DNA of 64,000 nucleotides from an uncultured Planctomycetota bacterium (GTDB lineage: Bacteria; Planctomycetota; Planctomycetia; Gemmatales; Gemmataceae). Below are positions 25,480 through 36,679 of the stretch, in pieces. How positions within the stretch are numbered: position 1 is the first letter of the stretch; every line of letters begins with the position of its first letter. The translations under genes and the position numbers were made by a program. The stretch lies in NCBI GenBank assembly GCA_963849325.1, contig CAWKHF010000001.1, positions 64,001 to 128,000 on the forward strand. The letters run 5' to 3'. The notes beneath the pieces were generated by a model that saw only the letters and a list, made by a program, of their open reading frames with translations, was not told the origin of the DNA and made no database searches.

Positions 25480-25518
25480 GCGTAACTCCAAATAACCACC
25501 ACAATAAAGAATAACTTC

Positions 25519-25582
25519 GTTTAGCCGCGACGCGCAGCGGAGCGCGGGAGTCTCCGCGCTCCGCTGCGCGTCGCGGCTAAAC
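25519..25582. repeat. Family A REP doublet, copy 1
   Basis: gtttagccgcgacgcgcagcggagcgcg-loop-reverse complement. Confidence 0.95.
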
Positions 25583-25586
25583 TCTT

Positions 25587-26028
25587 CTACTCCGCGATGT
25601 CGGGCAGACCGAGTTGCGCCAGGTAATGGCGCTCGCGCTCGACGCATGGCGGCCCGGTCGGCGTCGTCGTGGTCGTCGTAGCCGCACAGGTGCAGCAGGC
25701 CGTGAATGACGTAGAGGGTCAGCTCCGCCTGCACGTCATGGCCGCGAGCGGCGGCCTGCTCGACGGCGACCTCGACGCCGAGGACCAACTCGCCCGCCAG
25801 CTTCGCCGCGCTCGGCTCGCTGAGAGGAAAGCTCAGCACGTCGGTCGGCTCGTCGTGTTGCAGATAGCGTTGATTGAGGCGATGAATGGTGGGGTTATCG
25901 ACGAAGGCCAGGCTGATCTCGTAATCGGCCACGTCCTCGCCGGCCAGGACGGCGCGCACCGCTTCGCGCATGCGGCCGCGGTCGATGGGCACGATCTCCT
26001 GCGGGCTGGCGATGGAGATGCGACTCAT
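25587..26028 (-). CDS. ybeY: rRNA maturation RNase YbeY (frameshift near 3' end)
   Basis: LNQRY..PTDVLSF, IHGLLHLCGYDDH. Confidence 0.95.
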
Positions 26029-26047
26029 GATGTCACGCACAGACGTC

Positions 26048-26112
26048 GGCGAGCGGGGTCGCGTTAGCGCCCCGAGGGAAGCACTCGGGGCGCTAACGCG
26101 ACCCCGCTCGCC
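26048..26112. repeat. REP-like palindrome
   Basis: ggcgagcggggtcgcgttagcgcccc ... ggggcgctaacgcgaccccgctcgcc. Confidence 0.85.
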
Positions 26113-26120
26113 TCATTGTA

Positions 26121-27009
26121 TCACGCCGGCACCGGCGGTTCCTGCTGCTCCTGGCGCTCGACGCTGAGGACGGTGGCCTGGCCGCGCTCGTCCAGCTCGA
26201 CGCGCGCCGACATCACCGTCGGCGTCTCGCCGAGCACTTCGCGGGCCAGGGCGGCGTAGTCCTCGGCGCCGTGGCAGTGCGGCGCGTAGGCGAAGATCGA
26301 CTGGCCGAAGCTCGGACACTCCGCCAGCTTGATGTTGCGGCGGATGCGCGTGCCGAAGATGCGCGCCTTGGCCCACGGAGCGTTGGTGCCGCGGCTCTTG
26401 TCGAGATAGTCCTGCAAGTCCTGCACCACTTCCTGCGCCAGCCGCGTGCTCGACTCGTACAGCGACAGCACGATGCCCGTCACCTTCAGGGCCGGGTTGA
26501 TGCGCTTGGCGACGAGCGCGGTCGTCTCGAGCAGCTTGCCCATGCCGTGCAGGGCGAGGAAGTGCGGCTGCAAGGGGATGAAGACTTCGTTGGCCGCCGA
26601 CAGGGCGTTGAGCGTCAGCACGCCCAGCGACGGGGCGCAGTCCATGAAGACGAAATCGAAGGCGCCTTCGTCCTGCAGCAGCAGGTCGCGGAGGATGACT
26701 TCGCGGCCGACGACGCCGGCCAGCTCGACCTCGGCGGCGGCGAGGTTGATGTCGGAGCCGGCCACCCACAGGTTGTCGCTCGACCTTGCGGCGCACCTCG
26801 GCCAGCGGCCGGTTGTTGACCAGCACGTCGTACATCGACGGCGACTTGCCGTCCGGTTCGATGCCGAGGTGGGTGGTGGCGTGGGCCTGCGGGTCGAGGT
26901 CGAGGACGCAGACGCGCTGGCCGCACTCGGCCAGGGCCGCGGCCAGGTTGACCGCCGTGGTCGTCTTGCCCACGCCGCCCTTTTGATTGATGATCGCGAT
27001 CCGTCGCAT
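26121..27009 (-). CDS. ParA/Soj family ATPase (frameshift near 26785)
   Basis: [43 protein letters not shown] on the minus strand at 27058-27063. Confidence 0.92.
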
Positions 27010-27126
27010 GAGTGGTCCTCGTTTGGGGCCGTCCGTGGTTCCTTTACGAGAACGGGGATTATACGGCGGACGGGCAGAGGCGCGAACCCCAAGGCGAGGC
27101 CGCGACATGGTATCATGAACACCATA

Positions 27127-27196
27127 TCTCCGTTTAGCCGCGACGCGCAGCGGAGCGCGGAGTCGCGCTCCGCTGCGCGTCGCGGCTAAACGGAGA
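27127..27196. repeat. Family A REP doublet, copy 2
   Basis: Same arms with tctcc/ggaga flanks. Confidence 0.95.
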
Positions 27197-27214
27197 ATGG
27201 TCACGAGGTCTGCC

Positions 27215-28132
27215 ATGAGCGCATGGAAACTGGACGTTCGCCCGGAGGTGGCCGACGCCCTGGAAAGGCGTCGGCCCGTGGTGGCGCTGGAATCGACGCT
27301 GATCACCCACGGCTTGCCGTGGCCGACGAACCTGGAGACGGCGCGGGCGGCGGAGGAGGCCGTGCGCGCCGAGGGAGCGGTGCCGGCGACGGTGGCGGTG
27401 TGGCAGGGTCGGCCGGTCATCGGACTCGACGCGGCGCAGCTGGAGCAGTTGGCGCGGCAGCCGGACGTGCGCAAGGCCAGCAGCCGCGACCTGGCCGCCG
27501 CCGTCGTCCAGGGCGCCTTCGCCGCGACGACGGTGGCGGCGACGATGGTGCTGGCCCATCGCGCCGGTCTGCGCGTCTTCGCCACCGGCGGCATCGGCGG
27601 CGTCCACCCCGGCCGCAGCGGCGCGGCCTTCGACATCTCCGCCGACGTGATCGAGCTGTCGCGCACGCCGGTCGCCGTCGTCTGCGCCGGCGCCAAGGGC
27701 ATCCTCGATCTGGCCGCCACGCTGGAAATGCTGGAGACGATGAGCGTGCCGGTGGTCGGCTATGCGACCGACGAATTCCCGGCGTTTCTGCTGCGGTCGA
27801 GCGGTCTGCCGGTCAGCGCCCGCGTCAACTCGCCGGCAGAAGCGGCGGCCTTGCTCGACGCTCACTGGCGCCTGGGCGGCGCAGGCGTCGTACTGGCCCA
27901 GCCGTTGCCGGCGGAGGCGGCCCTGGATGCCGCCGACTTCGACAGGGCGCTGGTGCGAGCCGAGAGCCAGGCTCGCGCCGCCGGCGTGCGCGGCCCGGCG
28001 CTGACGCCGTTTTTGTTGGCCCGCCTGGCCGAGTTAACCGAGGGACGAACGCTGCGGGCCAACCAAGCCCTGATCGTGGCCAACGCCCGCCTGGCGGCCC
28101 GCGTCGCCGCCGCCCTGATCGCGGGAGGTTGA
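27215..28132 (+). CDS. psuG: Pseudouridine-5'-phosphate glycosidase
   Basis: [52 protein letters not shown]. Confidence 0.93.
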   Translation: MSAWKLDVRPEVADALERRRPVVALESTLITHGLPWPTNLETARAAEEAVRAEGAVPATVAVWQGRPVIGLDAAQLEQLARQPDVRKASSRDLAAAVVQGAFAATTVAATMVLAHRAGLRVFATGGIGGVHPGRSGAAFDISADVIELSRTPVAVVCAGAKGILDLAATLEMLETMSVPVVGYATDEFPAFLLRSSGLPVSARVNSPAEAAALLDAHWRLGGAGVVLAQPLPAEAALDAADFDRALVRAESQARAAGVRGPALTPFLLARLAELTEGRTLRANQALIVANARLAARVAAALIAGG

Positions 28133-28133
28133 C

Positions 28134-28844
28134 ATGCGGCTGCTGGCCATCGGCGACATTCACGGCTGTTTGCGCGCCTTCGACACCCTGCTCGACATCG
28201 TGGCGCCCACCACGGACGACCTCCTCCTCACACTCGGCGATTACGTCGATCGCGGCCCCGACTCGCGCGGCGTCCTCGACCGCCTCCTCGCCCTGCACGA
28301 GACCGGCCGCCTCGTCGCCCTGCGCGGCAACCATGACGTGATGATGCTCGAAGCCCGTCATCTCACGGACCCGCTCTGGCTCGCGTGCGGCGGAGTCACT
28401 ACCCTCCGCTCCTATGGCGCCACCGATCCGCAAATCGAGAACGCGATCGACGGCATCGACAGCCTCGACGATCTGCTGGCCGGAGTACCGCCGCGTCACT
28501 GGCAGTTCCTCGAAAACGATTGTCGGCGCTGGTACGAAACCGAGACCCATTTTTTCGTCCATGCCAACGCCGACGCCGACCTGCCGTTGGATCGGCAGTC
28601 CGATGACATGCTGTACTGGCAGAAGCTAATCCGGCCGTGCAACCACGTCTCCGGCAAGACCATGATCTGCGGCCACACGCGGCAGAAGACGGGCCGGCCG
28701 CTCGATCTGGGCACGAGCATCTGCCTCGACACCAACGTCTACGAAGACGGCTGGCTGACGTGTCTGGACGTAGACACCGGCCGCATTTGGCAGGCGAACG
28801 AGCTGGGCAAGACCCGCACCGGCTGGCTCGGCGACGACGCCTGA
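28134..28844 (+). CDS. PPP-family (calcineurin-like) metallophosphoesterase
   Basis: GDIHG, GDYVDRG, RGNHD, FVHA, CGHT, LDT. Confidence 0.9.
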   Translation: MRLLAIGDIHGCLRAFDTLLDIVAPTTDDLLLTLGDYVDRGPDSRGVLDRLLALHETGRLVALRGNHDVMMLEARHLTDPLWLACGGVTTLRSYGATDPQIENAIDGIDSLDDLLAGVPPRHWQFLENDCRRWYETETHFFVHANADADLPLDRQSDDMLYWQKLIRPCNHVSGKTMICGHTRQKTGRPLDLGTSICLDTNVYEDGWLTCLDVDTGRIWQANELGKTRTGWLGDDA

Positions 28845-28949
28845 CGTGGACGGCCGCTTGTGGCCGTCGTTTCGATTTCCTACAATGTCCCGACATTTGC
28901 GGAAAAGCGATCCCGCGACTCCAGTTTGGCCCCAGCAAGGGAGAGCATC

Positions 28950-31169
28950 ATGATGCAGCAGAAGCGATGGCGTACCCCGCGGAAATGTCTGCTTCTCCTG
29001 GCCGCGGCAGCGCTGTTGGCCGCCGTCCCACAGGCCCGGGCCGAGGACAAAAAGCCGGATGCCTCGCTGGCCCTCATCCCCGCCGACGCGGCCTACTACA
29101 GCGCCATGCTCCGCAACCGCGAGCAACTCGACGCCGTCGCCAAGAGCAAGGCGTGGGCCCGCATCACGCAATTGCCCACCTTTCAGCTAGCGTGGGGGAT
29201 CGTCCAGTCGCAATACACCGGGGACGAAGGCAAGCTCGCTCCCCTGCGCGAATGGGTCGAACAGCCCGACAACCGCGAGTTGATCGACGTGCTCGCCGAG
29301 GCCGTCTCCGACGAAATTTTCTTCTACGGCGACGCCACCTGCACCGACTTCTCTCACCTGTACGCCCAGGTCAACATGGCCCGTTACCTGGGACCGGCGG
29401 AGGAAATCATTCGCAACCCAAAAATCCTCCAGAACAAGCAAGAGCTGAACCAGGCCATGAGCCAGGCCCAGGTGCGGGCCGTCCTGCGTGTGCTGGCCCG
29501 CAACCCCGACAAGGTGCGCATTCCCGATTTCGTCATCGGCTTCAAGATCGCCAGTCCCAAAAAGGCCGAGGCCCAGCTCAAACGACTGGAGGCGCTGCTG
29601 GAAGCGGTGGCCGCCCAGCAGCCGATACTCCAGGGCCGCGTCAAGCGCGTCAAGCTCGGCACCGGCAATTACCTCACCTTGAACCTCGACGGTTCGATGG
29701 TGCCGTGGGATCCCGGCGCCATCACCGATCTGGCCGAGGCGGCCGGCGAGTTCGATGGCGTGGTGAAGAAACTCAAGGAACTGAAGCTCACCTTCAGCCT
29801 CGGCGTGCGCGACAACTTCCTGCTTTTCGCCATCGGCTCGTCCGCCGACGTACTCGGCAAGCTGGGCGGCTCGACCGAACGCCTGACCACACGGCCGGAA
29901 CTCAAGCCGCTGGTGCGCGTCGCCGACAACCGCCTCACCGGCATCAGCTACACCAGCAAGGCGCTCAACGCCAGCTCGCAGATGAACCAGAAGGACATCG
30001 ATCGCTTGGCGCTCCTGGCCCGGCAAGGATTGGAGGCAGCCGGAGTGCCGGAGGAACGGCGCAAGGCCATCGAGAAGGACGTGATCGACCTGGCTGGCGA
30101 GATGAAGAAGGGCATGCCCGATCCGGGGGCGGCGCTGGCCTTCGCCTTCCTCAGCGAGCGCGGCTACGAGAGCTACGATTATCAGCACGGTCAGTTCCCC
30201 GATCGGGACGGCTCCAAAGCGCTGACGCTGCTCAACCACGTCGGCGGCGATCCGATCCTGGCCGTCGTCGGCCGCTCCCGGGGAGCGCTCGAACAGTATC
30301 GGAGCCTGTCGAAGTGGGTTCGCAAGGCGTATGGCCACGTTGAGCCGCTGATTGTGGAGAAGCTGGACAAGGACCAACGAGAGCAGTACGAGAAAGGCCG
30401 CGACGCCTTCATGCCGCTGTTGAAGCGGCTCGATAAGGCGACGAGCGAGATGCTATTGCCGGCGCTGGCCGACGGCCAGGCCGGATTCGTCCTTGATGCC
30501 AAGTGGAAGAGCAAGCAGTGGCACAAGGACATGCCGGCCAGCGACAAGGCGCTGCCGATGCTGGAGCTGGGAGTGATCGTCGGTGTCAGCGACGCCGACC
30601 TGCTGGAAAAGGCGATGAAATCGTACACGAAGATCGTCGAGGACGCCTTGGCCAAGGCGAGGGAGATGGCCCCGCCGGGTGAAGTGCCGCCGATCAAGAT
30701 CCCCGGACCGGAGGTCAAGACGGTCAAGGCTGGCAAACTGTACCTCTATCCTCTGCCGTCCGAGTGGAAGCTCGATGCCCAGGTGGCGCCGACGGCCGGG
30801 CTGTCGGCGCGAGTGGGCGTGCTGGCGCTATCGGCCGGCCACGCCGAACGGCTGCTGGAGAGCAAGCCGCTCCAAATCGATGGCGGCCCCCTGTCCGACG
30901 CGAAGCGGCCGCTGGCCGGCGCTTCCTACTTCCGCTGGCCGGCCTTCGTCGATGCCGTCACGCCCTGGATCTTGTTCGGGCTGGAGCAGGGACACGCCGA
31001 GAAGCTCTTGCCCGGCGCCGGCGATGAAAAGATGGCGCGCGAGCAATTGTTCAAGCAGGTGCGCACCGTACTCGACGTACTGAAGGTCTTCCGCGTCTCG
31101 ACCAGCGCCACCTACGTTGAGGACGGCGTTCTCATCACGCATAGCGAAACGGTGGTCCGCGACGAGTAA
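28950..31169 (+). CDS. Large secreted hypothetical protein
   Basis: Clean ORF with signal peptide (ARA|ED) and AAGGGAG RBS. Confidence 0.85.
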   Translation: MMQQKRWRTPRKCLLLLAAAALLAAVPQARAEDKKPDASLALIPADAAYYSAMLRNREQLDAVAKSKAWARITQLPTFQLAWGIVQSQYTGDEGKLAPLREWVEQPDNRELIDVLAEAVSDEIFFYGDATCTDFSHLYAQVNMARYLGPAEEIIRNPKILQNKQELNQAMSQAQVRAVLRVLARNPDKVRIPDFVIGFKIASPKKAEAQLKRLEALLEAVAAQQPILQGRVKRVKLGTGNYLTLNLDGSMVPWDPGAITDLAEAAGEFDGVVKKLKELKLTFSLGVRDNFLLFAIGSSADVLGKLGGSTERLTTRPELKPLVRVADNRLTGISYTSKALNASSQMNQKDIDRLALLARQGLEAAGVPEERRKAIEKDVIDLAGEMKKGMPDPGAALAFAFLSERGYESYDYQHGQFPDRDGSKALTLLNHVGGDPILAVVGRSRGALEQYRSLSKWVRKAYGHVEPLIVEKLDKDQREQYEKGRDAFMPLLKRLDKATSEMLLPALADGQAGFVLDAKWKSKQWHKDMPASDKALPMLELGVIVGVSDADLLEKAMKSYTKIVEDALAKAREMAPPGEVPPIKIPGPEVKTVKAGKLYLYPLPSEWKLDAQVAPTAGLSARVGVLALSAGHAERLLESKPLQIDGGPLSDAKRPLAGASYFRWPAFVDAVTPWILFGLEQGHAEKLLPGAGDEKMAREQLFKQVRTVLDVLKVFRVSTSATYVEDGVLITHSETVVRDE

Positions 31170-31178
31170 GGACTCGTC

Positions 31179-31245
31179 CGTTTCGCCGCGACGCGCAGCG
31201 GAGCGCGGGTTTGTCCCGCGCTCCGCTGCGCGTCGCGGCGAAACG
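31179..31245. repeat. Family A REP doublet, copy 3 (tttCgcc/ggcGaaa variant)
   Basis: Compensatory change in both arms. Confidence 0.95.
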
Positions 31246-31351
31246 AAGAAGAGCCAAGTCGCAAGCGGCGCAATCTCCTCCCGCCTCTCCTTCGTCTTAG
31301 GAGAGGAGCGTCTGCGAACTCTCTCTACCCGTTTTCGCGCAGGAGTCAGCC

Positions 31352-32491
31352 ATGTCCGATCGTTTTTCCTTCCGCTGGGCCGCGGTGCTGGCCGTCCTGG
31401 GTGGTTCCGTCCTCCCCGCTGGTGCCGCCGACAAGCCCGAGACCAAGAAAGCCAAGCCGAGTATCGAGGTGGTGTTCTGCCTGGACACGACGGGCAGCAT
31501 GGGCGGCCTGATCGAAGGGGCCAAACAGAAGATTTGGTCCATCAGCAACCAGATCGCCGGCGGCAAGCCGACGCCGGAATTGAAGATCGGCCTGGTCGCC
31601 TACCGCGACCGCGGCGACGCCTACGTCACCAAGGTCATCGACCTGACCGACGACCTCGACGCCATCCACGGCAAGCTGCGCGAGTTCCAGGCCGGGGGCG
31701 GCGGCGATGGGCCGGAGAGCGTCAACCAGGCGCTGGACGACGCGGTACACAAGATCAAGTGGAGCACGGACAAGAAAACGCTGCGCATCCTTTTCCTGGT
31801 GGGCGACGCGCCGCCGCACATGGATTACAAGGACGACGTCAAGTATCCCGATACCTGCAAGAAGGCTTGCGAGAAGGGTATCCTCATCAACACCATTCAG
31901 TGCGGCGGCGATGCCGAGTGCCAGAAGCACTGGAAGGAAATCTGCAAACGCGCCGAAGGTTCTTACGCCCAGATCGCCCAGAGCGGCGGCGTGGTGGCCA
32001 TCGCCACGCCGTTCGACAAGGAACTGGCCGAGATCAACACCGAACTGGCCCGGACAACGCTGGTCTACGGAGCCGGTGAGATGAAGGCGCGCGGTGCGCT
32101 CAAGCTGGAGGCTGCCCGCTCGCTGCCCGCCCCCGCCGCCGCCGACCGCGCCGCCAAGGCCGCCAAGGACGGCAAGGCCGCCGCCTACGACCTGCTCGAC
32201 GCCGTCAAGGAAGGCAAGGTCGATCTCGACAAGCTCAAGAGGGAAGAACTGCCTGCTCAGATGCAGAAGATGGATCCCAAGGAGCGCAAAGCCTATCTCG
32301 ACAAGCTGGACAAGCGACGCGCCGAGCTGAACAAGAAGGCGCTGGAACTCGACAAGAAGCGCGGCGAATACATCAAGGAGGAGTTGGCCAAGAAGGCGAA
32401 GAAAGAGGGCAAGGACGGCAAGGACAGCTTCGACAATCAGGTTCTCGAAGCGTTGCGCAAGCAAGCGAAGACGCACGACATCGACTATTAA
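31352..32491 (+). CDS. Secreted VWA-domain protein
   Basis: Signal peptide, VVFCLDTTGSM (MIDAS-like), GLVAYRD, GGGDGPE, LVGDAPPH. Confidence 0.9.
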   Translation: MSDRFSFRWAAVLAVLGGSVLPAGAADKPETKKAKPSIEVVFCLDTTGSMGGLIEGAKQKIWSISNQIAGGKPTPELKIGLVAYRDRGDAYVTKVIDLTDDLDAIHGKLREFQAGGGGDGPESVNQALDDAVHKIKWSTDKKTLRILFLVGDAPPHMDYKDDVKYPDTCKKACEKGILINTIQCGGDAECQKHWKEICKRAEGSYAQIAQSGGVVAIATPFDKELAEINTELARTTLVYGAGEMKARGALKLEAARSLPAPAAADRAAKAAKDGKAAAYDLLDAVKEGKVDLDKLKREELPAQMQKMDPKERKAYLDKLDKRRAELNKKALELDKKRGEYIKEELAKKAKKEGKDGKDSFDNQVLEALRKQAKTHDIDY

Positions 32492-32512
32492 ACGACTCGT
32501 CCAATCCTGCCT

Positions 32513-32585
32513 TCTCGTTTAGCCGCGACGCGCAGCGGAGCGCGGGAGAAACCCGCGCTCCGCTGCGCGTCGCGGCTAAACGAGA
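32513..32585. repeat. Family A REP doublet, copy 4
   Basis: Same arms. Confidence 0.95.
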
Positions 32586-32701
32586 TACTTGTTGTTGGAC
32601 AAACCGCCAGCGGCTTTTCTTTCCCACTCCGTTGCAAACCGCGCCGTCCTGCCGTACATTGCGTGCTGCCCGCGAACATCCTACCGAGTGGAGACCTTCT
32701 G

Positions 32702-33754
32702 ATGAAACGGCGCGACTTTCTCAAACGAACGACCGCGGCCGGCGCGGCCGCCCTGGCGGCGAACGCGGCCCCGACGGTCCTCGGCGCCCGCGATAAGAGC
32801 GGCACCAAAAACCCCATCATCGGCCACGGCGACTATCGCTACGAGTGCCTCCACGACTGGGGCCAGCTGCCCAAGCACATCCGCTGGCAGACGACTCACG
32901 GCGTCACCCTCGACGATGACGGTTTCGTCTACATCAAGCATCAGGGCCACGGCGGCGCGGCCATGGACACCATCGTCGTCTTCGACCCCAAGGGCAAGTA
33001 CGTCCGCTCCTTCGGCAAGGGCTATTACCCCGGTGGTCACGGCATCGACCTCCGCAAGGAGGGCGGCGAGCCGTTCCTCTACCTGAGCGACATCCACAAT
33101 CGGCAGGTAGTCAAGACCACCCTCAAGGGCGAGGAGGTCTGGAAGCTGTGCTACCCCGTGGAGTCCGGCGTCTACGCGCGCGTCAACCAATATCGTCCGA
33201 CCAACGTGGCCTTTGCGCCGGACGGCGGTTTCTACGTCGGCGATGGTTACGGCTCCAATTACATCCATCAGTACGACAAGAACGCCCGGTGGGTCCGCAC
33301 CTGGGGAGGCACCGGCAGCGGCAACGGTCAACTGAAGACGCCGCACGGACTCTGGCTCGATGACCGCCCCGGCCGTCAGCCGTCCCTGGTCGTCGCCGAT
33401 CGCGCCAACGCGCGCTTGCAATACTTCACGCTGGACGGCAGGTATCTCCGCACCATCAAAGACGTGCTATTTCCCGCTCACTTCGACATCCGCGGCGACG
33501 TGTTGCTGGTGCCCGACCTGCACGCGCGCGTTTCGCTGTTCGACAAGGACAACAAGCCGATCGTGCATCTGGGCGACGACCCGGCGTGGCGCAAAAAGGT
33601 GCTGGACGGCTTCAAGGTGCGCGCCAGGCCGGAGGATTGGCTGCCGGGCAAGTTCGTCCATCCGCACGACGCCTGTTTCGACCGCGACGGCAACATCTTC
33701 GTCGTCGAGTGGGTGCAAACCGGCCGCGTCACGCTGCTGCGCCGCGTCGTTTGA
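32702..33754 (+). CDS. Tat-exported NHL-repeat beta-propeller protein
   Basis: KRRDFLK Tat motif, PTNVAFAPDG..YVGDGYG, TPHG, VADRAN.R, HPHD. Confidence 0.88.
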   Translation: MKRRDFLKRTTAAGAAALAANAAPTVLGARDKSGTKNPIIGHGDYRYECLHDWGQLPKHIRWQTTHGVTLDDDGFVYIKHQGHGGAAMDTIVVFDPKGKYVRSFGKGYYPGGHGIDLRKEGGEPFLYLSDIHNRQVVKTTLKGEEVWKLCYPVESGVYARVNQYRPTNVAFAPDGGFYVGDGYGSNYIHQYDKNARWVRTWGGTGSGNGQLKTPHGLWLDDRPGRQPSLVVADRANARLQYFTLDGRYLRTIKDVLFPAHFDIRGDVLLVPDLHARVSLFDKDNKPIVHLGDDPAWRKKVLDGFKVRARPEDWLPGKFVHPHDACFDRDGNIFVVEWVQTGRVTLLRRVV

Positions 33755-33780
33755 TGCTCCCGGCAGAGTGTCGAGCTATG

Positions 33781-33842
33781 TTCACTTGCTCACGTGTGAA
33801 ACAGAAATTTCATTTGCCTGTGGTGGAGACAATGGTTAACCT
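33781..33842 (+). promoter_or_regulatory. Putative promoter with upstream palindromic operators
   Basis: TTGCCT-N17-TAACCT (33814-33842), TTCAC-N10-GTGAA (33781-33800), TGAAA-N6-TTTCA (33797-33812). Confidence 0.4.
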
Positions 33843-33914
33843 TGGGTTATCTCACCACCGTGCCTCTCCTTCGCCCGGGAGAGCGTCTCTCAACCTGTTA
33901 GGGGGGTCTCACCT

Positions 33915-35191
33915 ATGTTGACACTTTGGGGCCAAAGGCAGAAGTTCTGCGACGGATTGTCGCGGCGAAACTTCCTCAAGATCGGCGCCTTCGGCGCCGG
34001 CCTGACCTTGGCCGAGATGCTGCGGCTGCGCGCCGCGAGCCGGCACCGGCTCGTCGAACAAGGCCGCCATCATGATCTACCTGCCGGGGGGCCCGTCGCA
34101 CATGGACATGTACGACCTCAAGCCGGACGCACCCAAGGAATTCCGCGGCGAGTTCAAGCCGATCGCCACCAACGTGCCCGGCGTGCAGATCTGCGAGCAC
34201 TTCCCGCTGCAGGCGAAGATGTGGGACAAGCTGGCCGTGCGTCCGCTCGCTCGTCTCCGTCGATGAGCACTCCGACTCGCTGGTCATGACCGGCTACAGC
34301 GAGAACGACAACCGCACGGCCCATCATCCGTCGTTCGGCGCCGTGATGTCGAAGCTGCGCGGCGGCGCCAACGACATCCCGCCGTTCGTCAGTCTGCGCG
34401 GCATGTCGCGCTCGGCACCGAGCCCGGCTATCTCGGCGTGGCGCATCGGCCGTTCACGCCGGACGGTCCCGGCTTCCAGAACCTGCGCCTGGCCGGCGGC
34501 GTCGATGCTGGCCGCATGGACGACCGCAAATCGCTGCTGTCCAACTTCGACGACGTTCGCCGCGACATCGACGCCAGCGGCACCATGAAGGGCCTCGACT
34601 CGTTCACCGCGCGCGCCTTCGACATGATCGCGTCGGGCAACGTGCGCAAGGCCCTCGACCTGAGCAAGGAGGAGCCGCGCTCGCGCGACCGCTACAAGGG
34701 CATCGAGCAGTTCCTGACGGCTCGCCGTCTGGTCGAGGCCGGCGTCGGCTGCGTCACGCTGTCCATCGGCGGTTGGGACACGCACAGCAGCAACTTCAAG
34801 ACCCTGCGGCGGCAGCTGCCGGAGGTGGACCGCGGCATCGCCAACCTGATCCAGGATCTGCACGACCGCGGCATGGACAAGGACGTGGTGACGGTGATGT
34901 GGGGCGAGTTCGGCCGCACGCCGAAGATCAACAACAGCGACGGCGGCCGCGATCACTGGGCGCCGGTCATGAGCGCCCTGGTGGCCGGCGGCGGCCTCAA
35001 GATGGGCCAGGCCATCGGCACGCACCAACGCCCGCGGCGAGTATCCCAAGGACCGCCGCGTCACCGTGCCGCAGGTGCTCAGCACGATGTATCACGCCAT
35101 GGGCATCGATCCGTCGCAGACGTTCCCCAACGGCAGCGGCCGGCCGATGTACATCCTCGACGACCGCGAGCCGGTCAGCGAATTGATCTGA
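33915..35191 (+). CDS. DUF1501 family protein (frameshifted)
   Basis: [49 protein letters not shown]. Confidence 0.92.
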
Positions 35192-35196
35192 GAGGA

Positions 35197-35309
35197 GGGA
35201 ATAGGGAATAGGGAATAGGGAATAGGGAAGAGACTTTTTCTCTCTTTCCTATTCCCTATTCCCTATTCCCTATTCCCTATTCCCTATTCCCTATTCCCTA
35301 TTCCCTATT
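35197..35309. repeat. Inverted heptamer arrays (GGGAATA)x4 / (TATTCCC)x8
   Basis: Direct count. Lies between convergent genes. Confidence 0.95.
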
Positions 35310-35315
35310 TCTTCA

Positions 35316-36482
35316 TCAACGTCGGCCGCTGGCGCCATAGCGCAGGTTCAGGTAAATAAAGACGTTGGCCACAATCCAGTAGGTGAGCATCGGACCGCAG
35401 GCCAGCCCCAGCAGGACGGCACGCATTCCGTCGGCCACCTCGTGCAGCTCTTGGGGTGGACAGAACGTCGGCAGGAACAACGGGGCGATCAGCAGCAGAA
35501 ACGGCGCGGTCGCCAACATGCCCAGTCCCACGGCCATCGTCTGATATAAAAATACCCGGCCGAGGTGCTGTCGCAGCAAGGCCAACCATCGCCGCAGGCC
35601 GTGTCGGAGCGAGCACTCCTCTACCACCAAGACCGACGGCATCAGCCACCAGAAGAAGAAGAGGGGCCACAAGAACGCCTCCAGGACCATGCCCAGGGCC
35701 AGGGCGGTCCCCGCGACGGTCTGCCGGATCGCGGTCTGCGAACCCTCGGGACCGGGTCCGAGCCAGTACGGCAGCCAGCGCAGGAGCACGATCAGCCCCC
35801 AGGTCGAACCGCGGACGATCACCTGCGTCAGGATCAACCGGATGGTCAGCGGGACGATGTGGGACAGCCCCTCGCGCCAGCGGGCCGGACGCAGCCGGGC
35901 CAGTTCGATGTAGGTCAACTGCGTCAGCAGCGCCGTCAGGAAATCGAGCACAATCATCGCCGCTCCGGCCAGGCACCAGGCCGGCACCAGCCGGCGACTG
36001 TCCGTCTCGAACCAGGCGGCGCGCTCGGCGGCGAGCAGAACGCCCAGGAAGAGGCCGGCCCCGAAGCCGAGCAGGATTTTCTTGGCGACGAGCGTGCTGT
36101 CGAGGGCGGCCAACAACTCCTCGACGTGGCCGCGCACACCGACGAGGTGCGGCCGAGACGAGTCCAGACGCGAACCGACGGTGGCGGAGTGTTCGACGGC
36201 GGGGTGGTTCGCCGCCTCGCCGCGACGGCCGGGCTTATGGCGGCGCGACTCCGGCGACGGGACCGGCTCGGGCGGCGGAGGCGAGGCCGAATGCTGCCCG
36301 ACCAGATCGGCGAACTCTTGCGTCCATTCCAGTGACACCCACTCGTCACTGGGTGCGCGGCGCACCGTACTGCCGAGCGGGATGTGTCCGGCGTCCACCT
36401 CGTGACGCAGGATCGCCGTGCTGGCGGCGCGGAGGATGCGCCCGTCGGGAAAGCGGACGTACCAGAAATCGGCCTGGCTCAT
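35316..36482 (-). CDS. Membrane protein with N-terminal GYF_2-like domain
   Basis: WYVRFPDG...LR..V..G.I....V...W..L....EF, followed by about 6 hydrophobic segments. Confidence 0.7.
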   Translation of the reverse strand: MSQADFWYVRFPDGRILRAASTAILRHEVDAGHIPLGSTVRRAPSDEWVSLEWTQEFADLVGQHSASPPPPEPVPSPESRRHKPGRRGEAANHPAVEHSATVGSRLDSSRPHLVGVRGHVEELLAALDSTLVAKKILLGFGAGLFLGVLLAAERAAWFETDSRRLVPAWCLAGAAMIVLDFLTALLTQLTYIELARLRPARWREGLSHIVPLTIRLILTQVIVRGSTWGLIVLLRWLPYWLGPGPEGSQTAIRQTVAGTALALGMVLEAFLWPLFFFWWLMPSVLVVEECSLRHGLRRWLALLRQHLGRVFLYQTMAVGLGMLATAPFLLLIAPLFLPTFCPPQELHEVADGMRAVLLGLACGPMLTYWIVANVFIYLNLRYGASGRR

Positions 36483-36679
36483 GGGACAACCGGGATAACG
36501 TCTCGGGCGGAAGCACTCTCCGCGAGGGAAGACGCTGTTCTTCCACCTTACGGCGGACGCCGCCCGTGCGCCAAGCGGCAACTGCGCCGATTACCCGGAA
36601 AAAACGCCGATCGCACGGCACGAGCCGCTTGCAGTCCGCAGGGCAGAGGGATAGGCTAAAGGAACCTGGAGATGTACCC

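Noticed and set aside
26121-27009. ParA as a plasmid or prophage marker
   Set aside because: It is an orphan ParA among core chromosomal genes, with no parB, rep or integrase.
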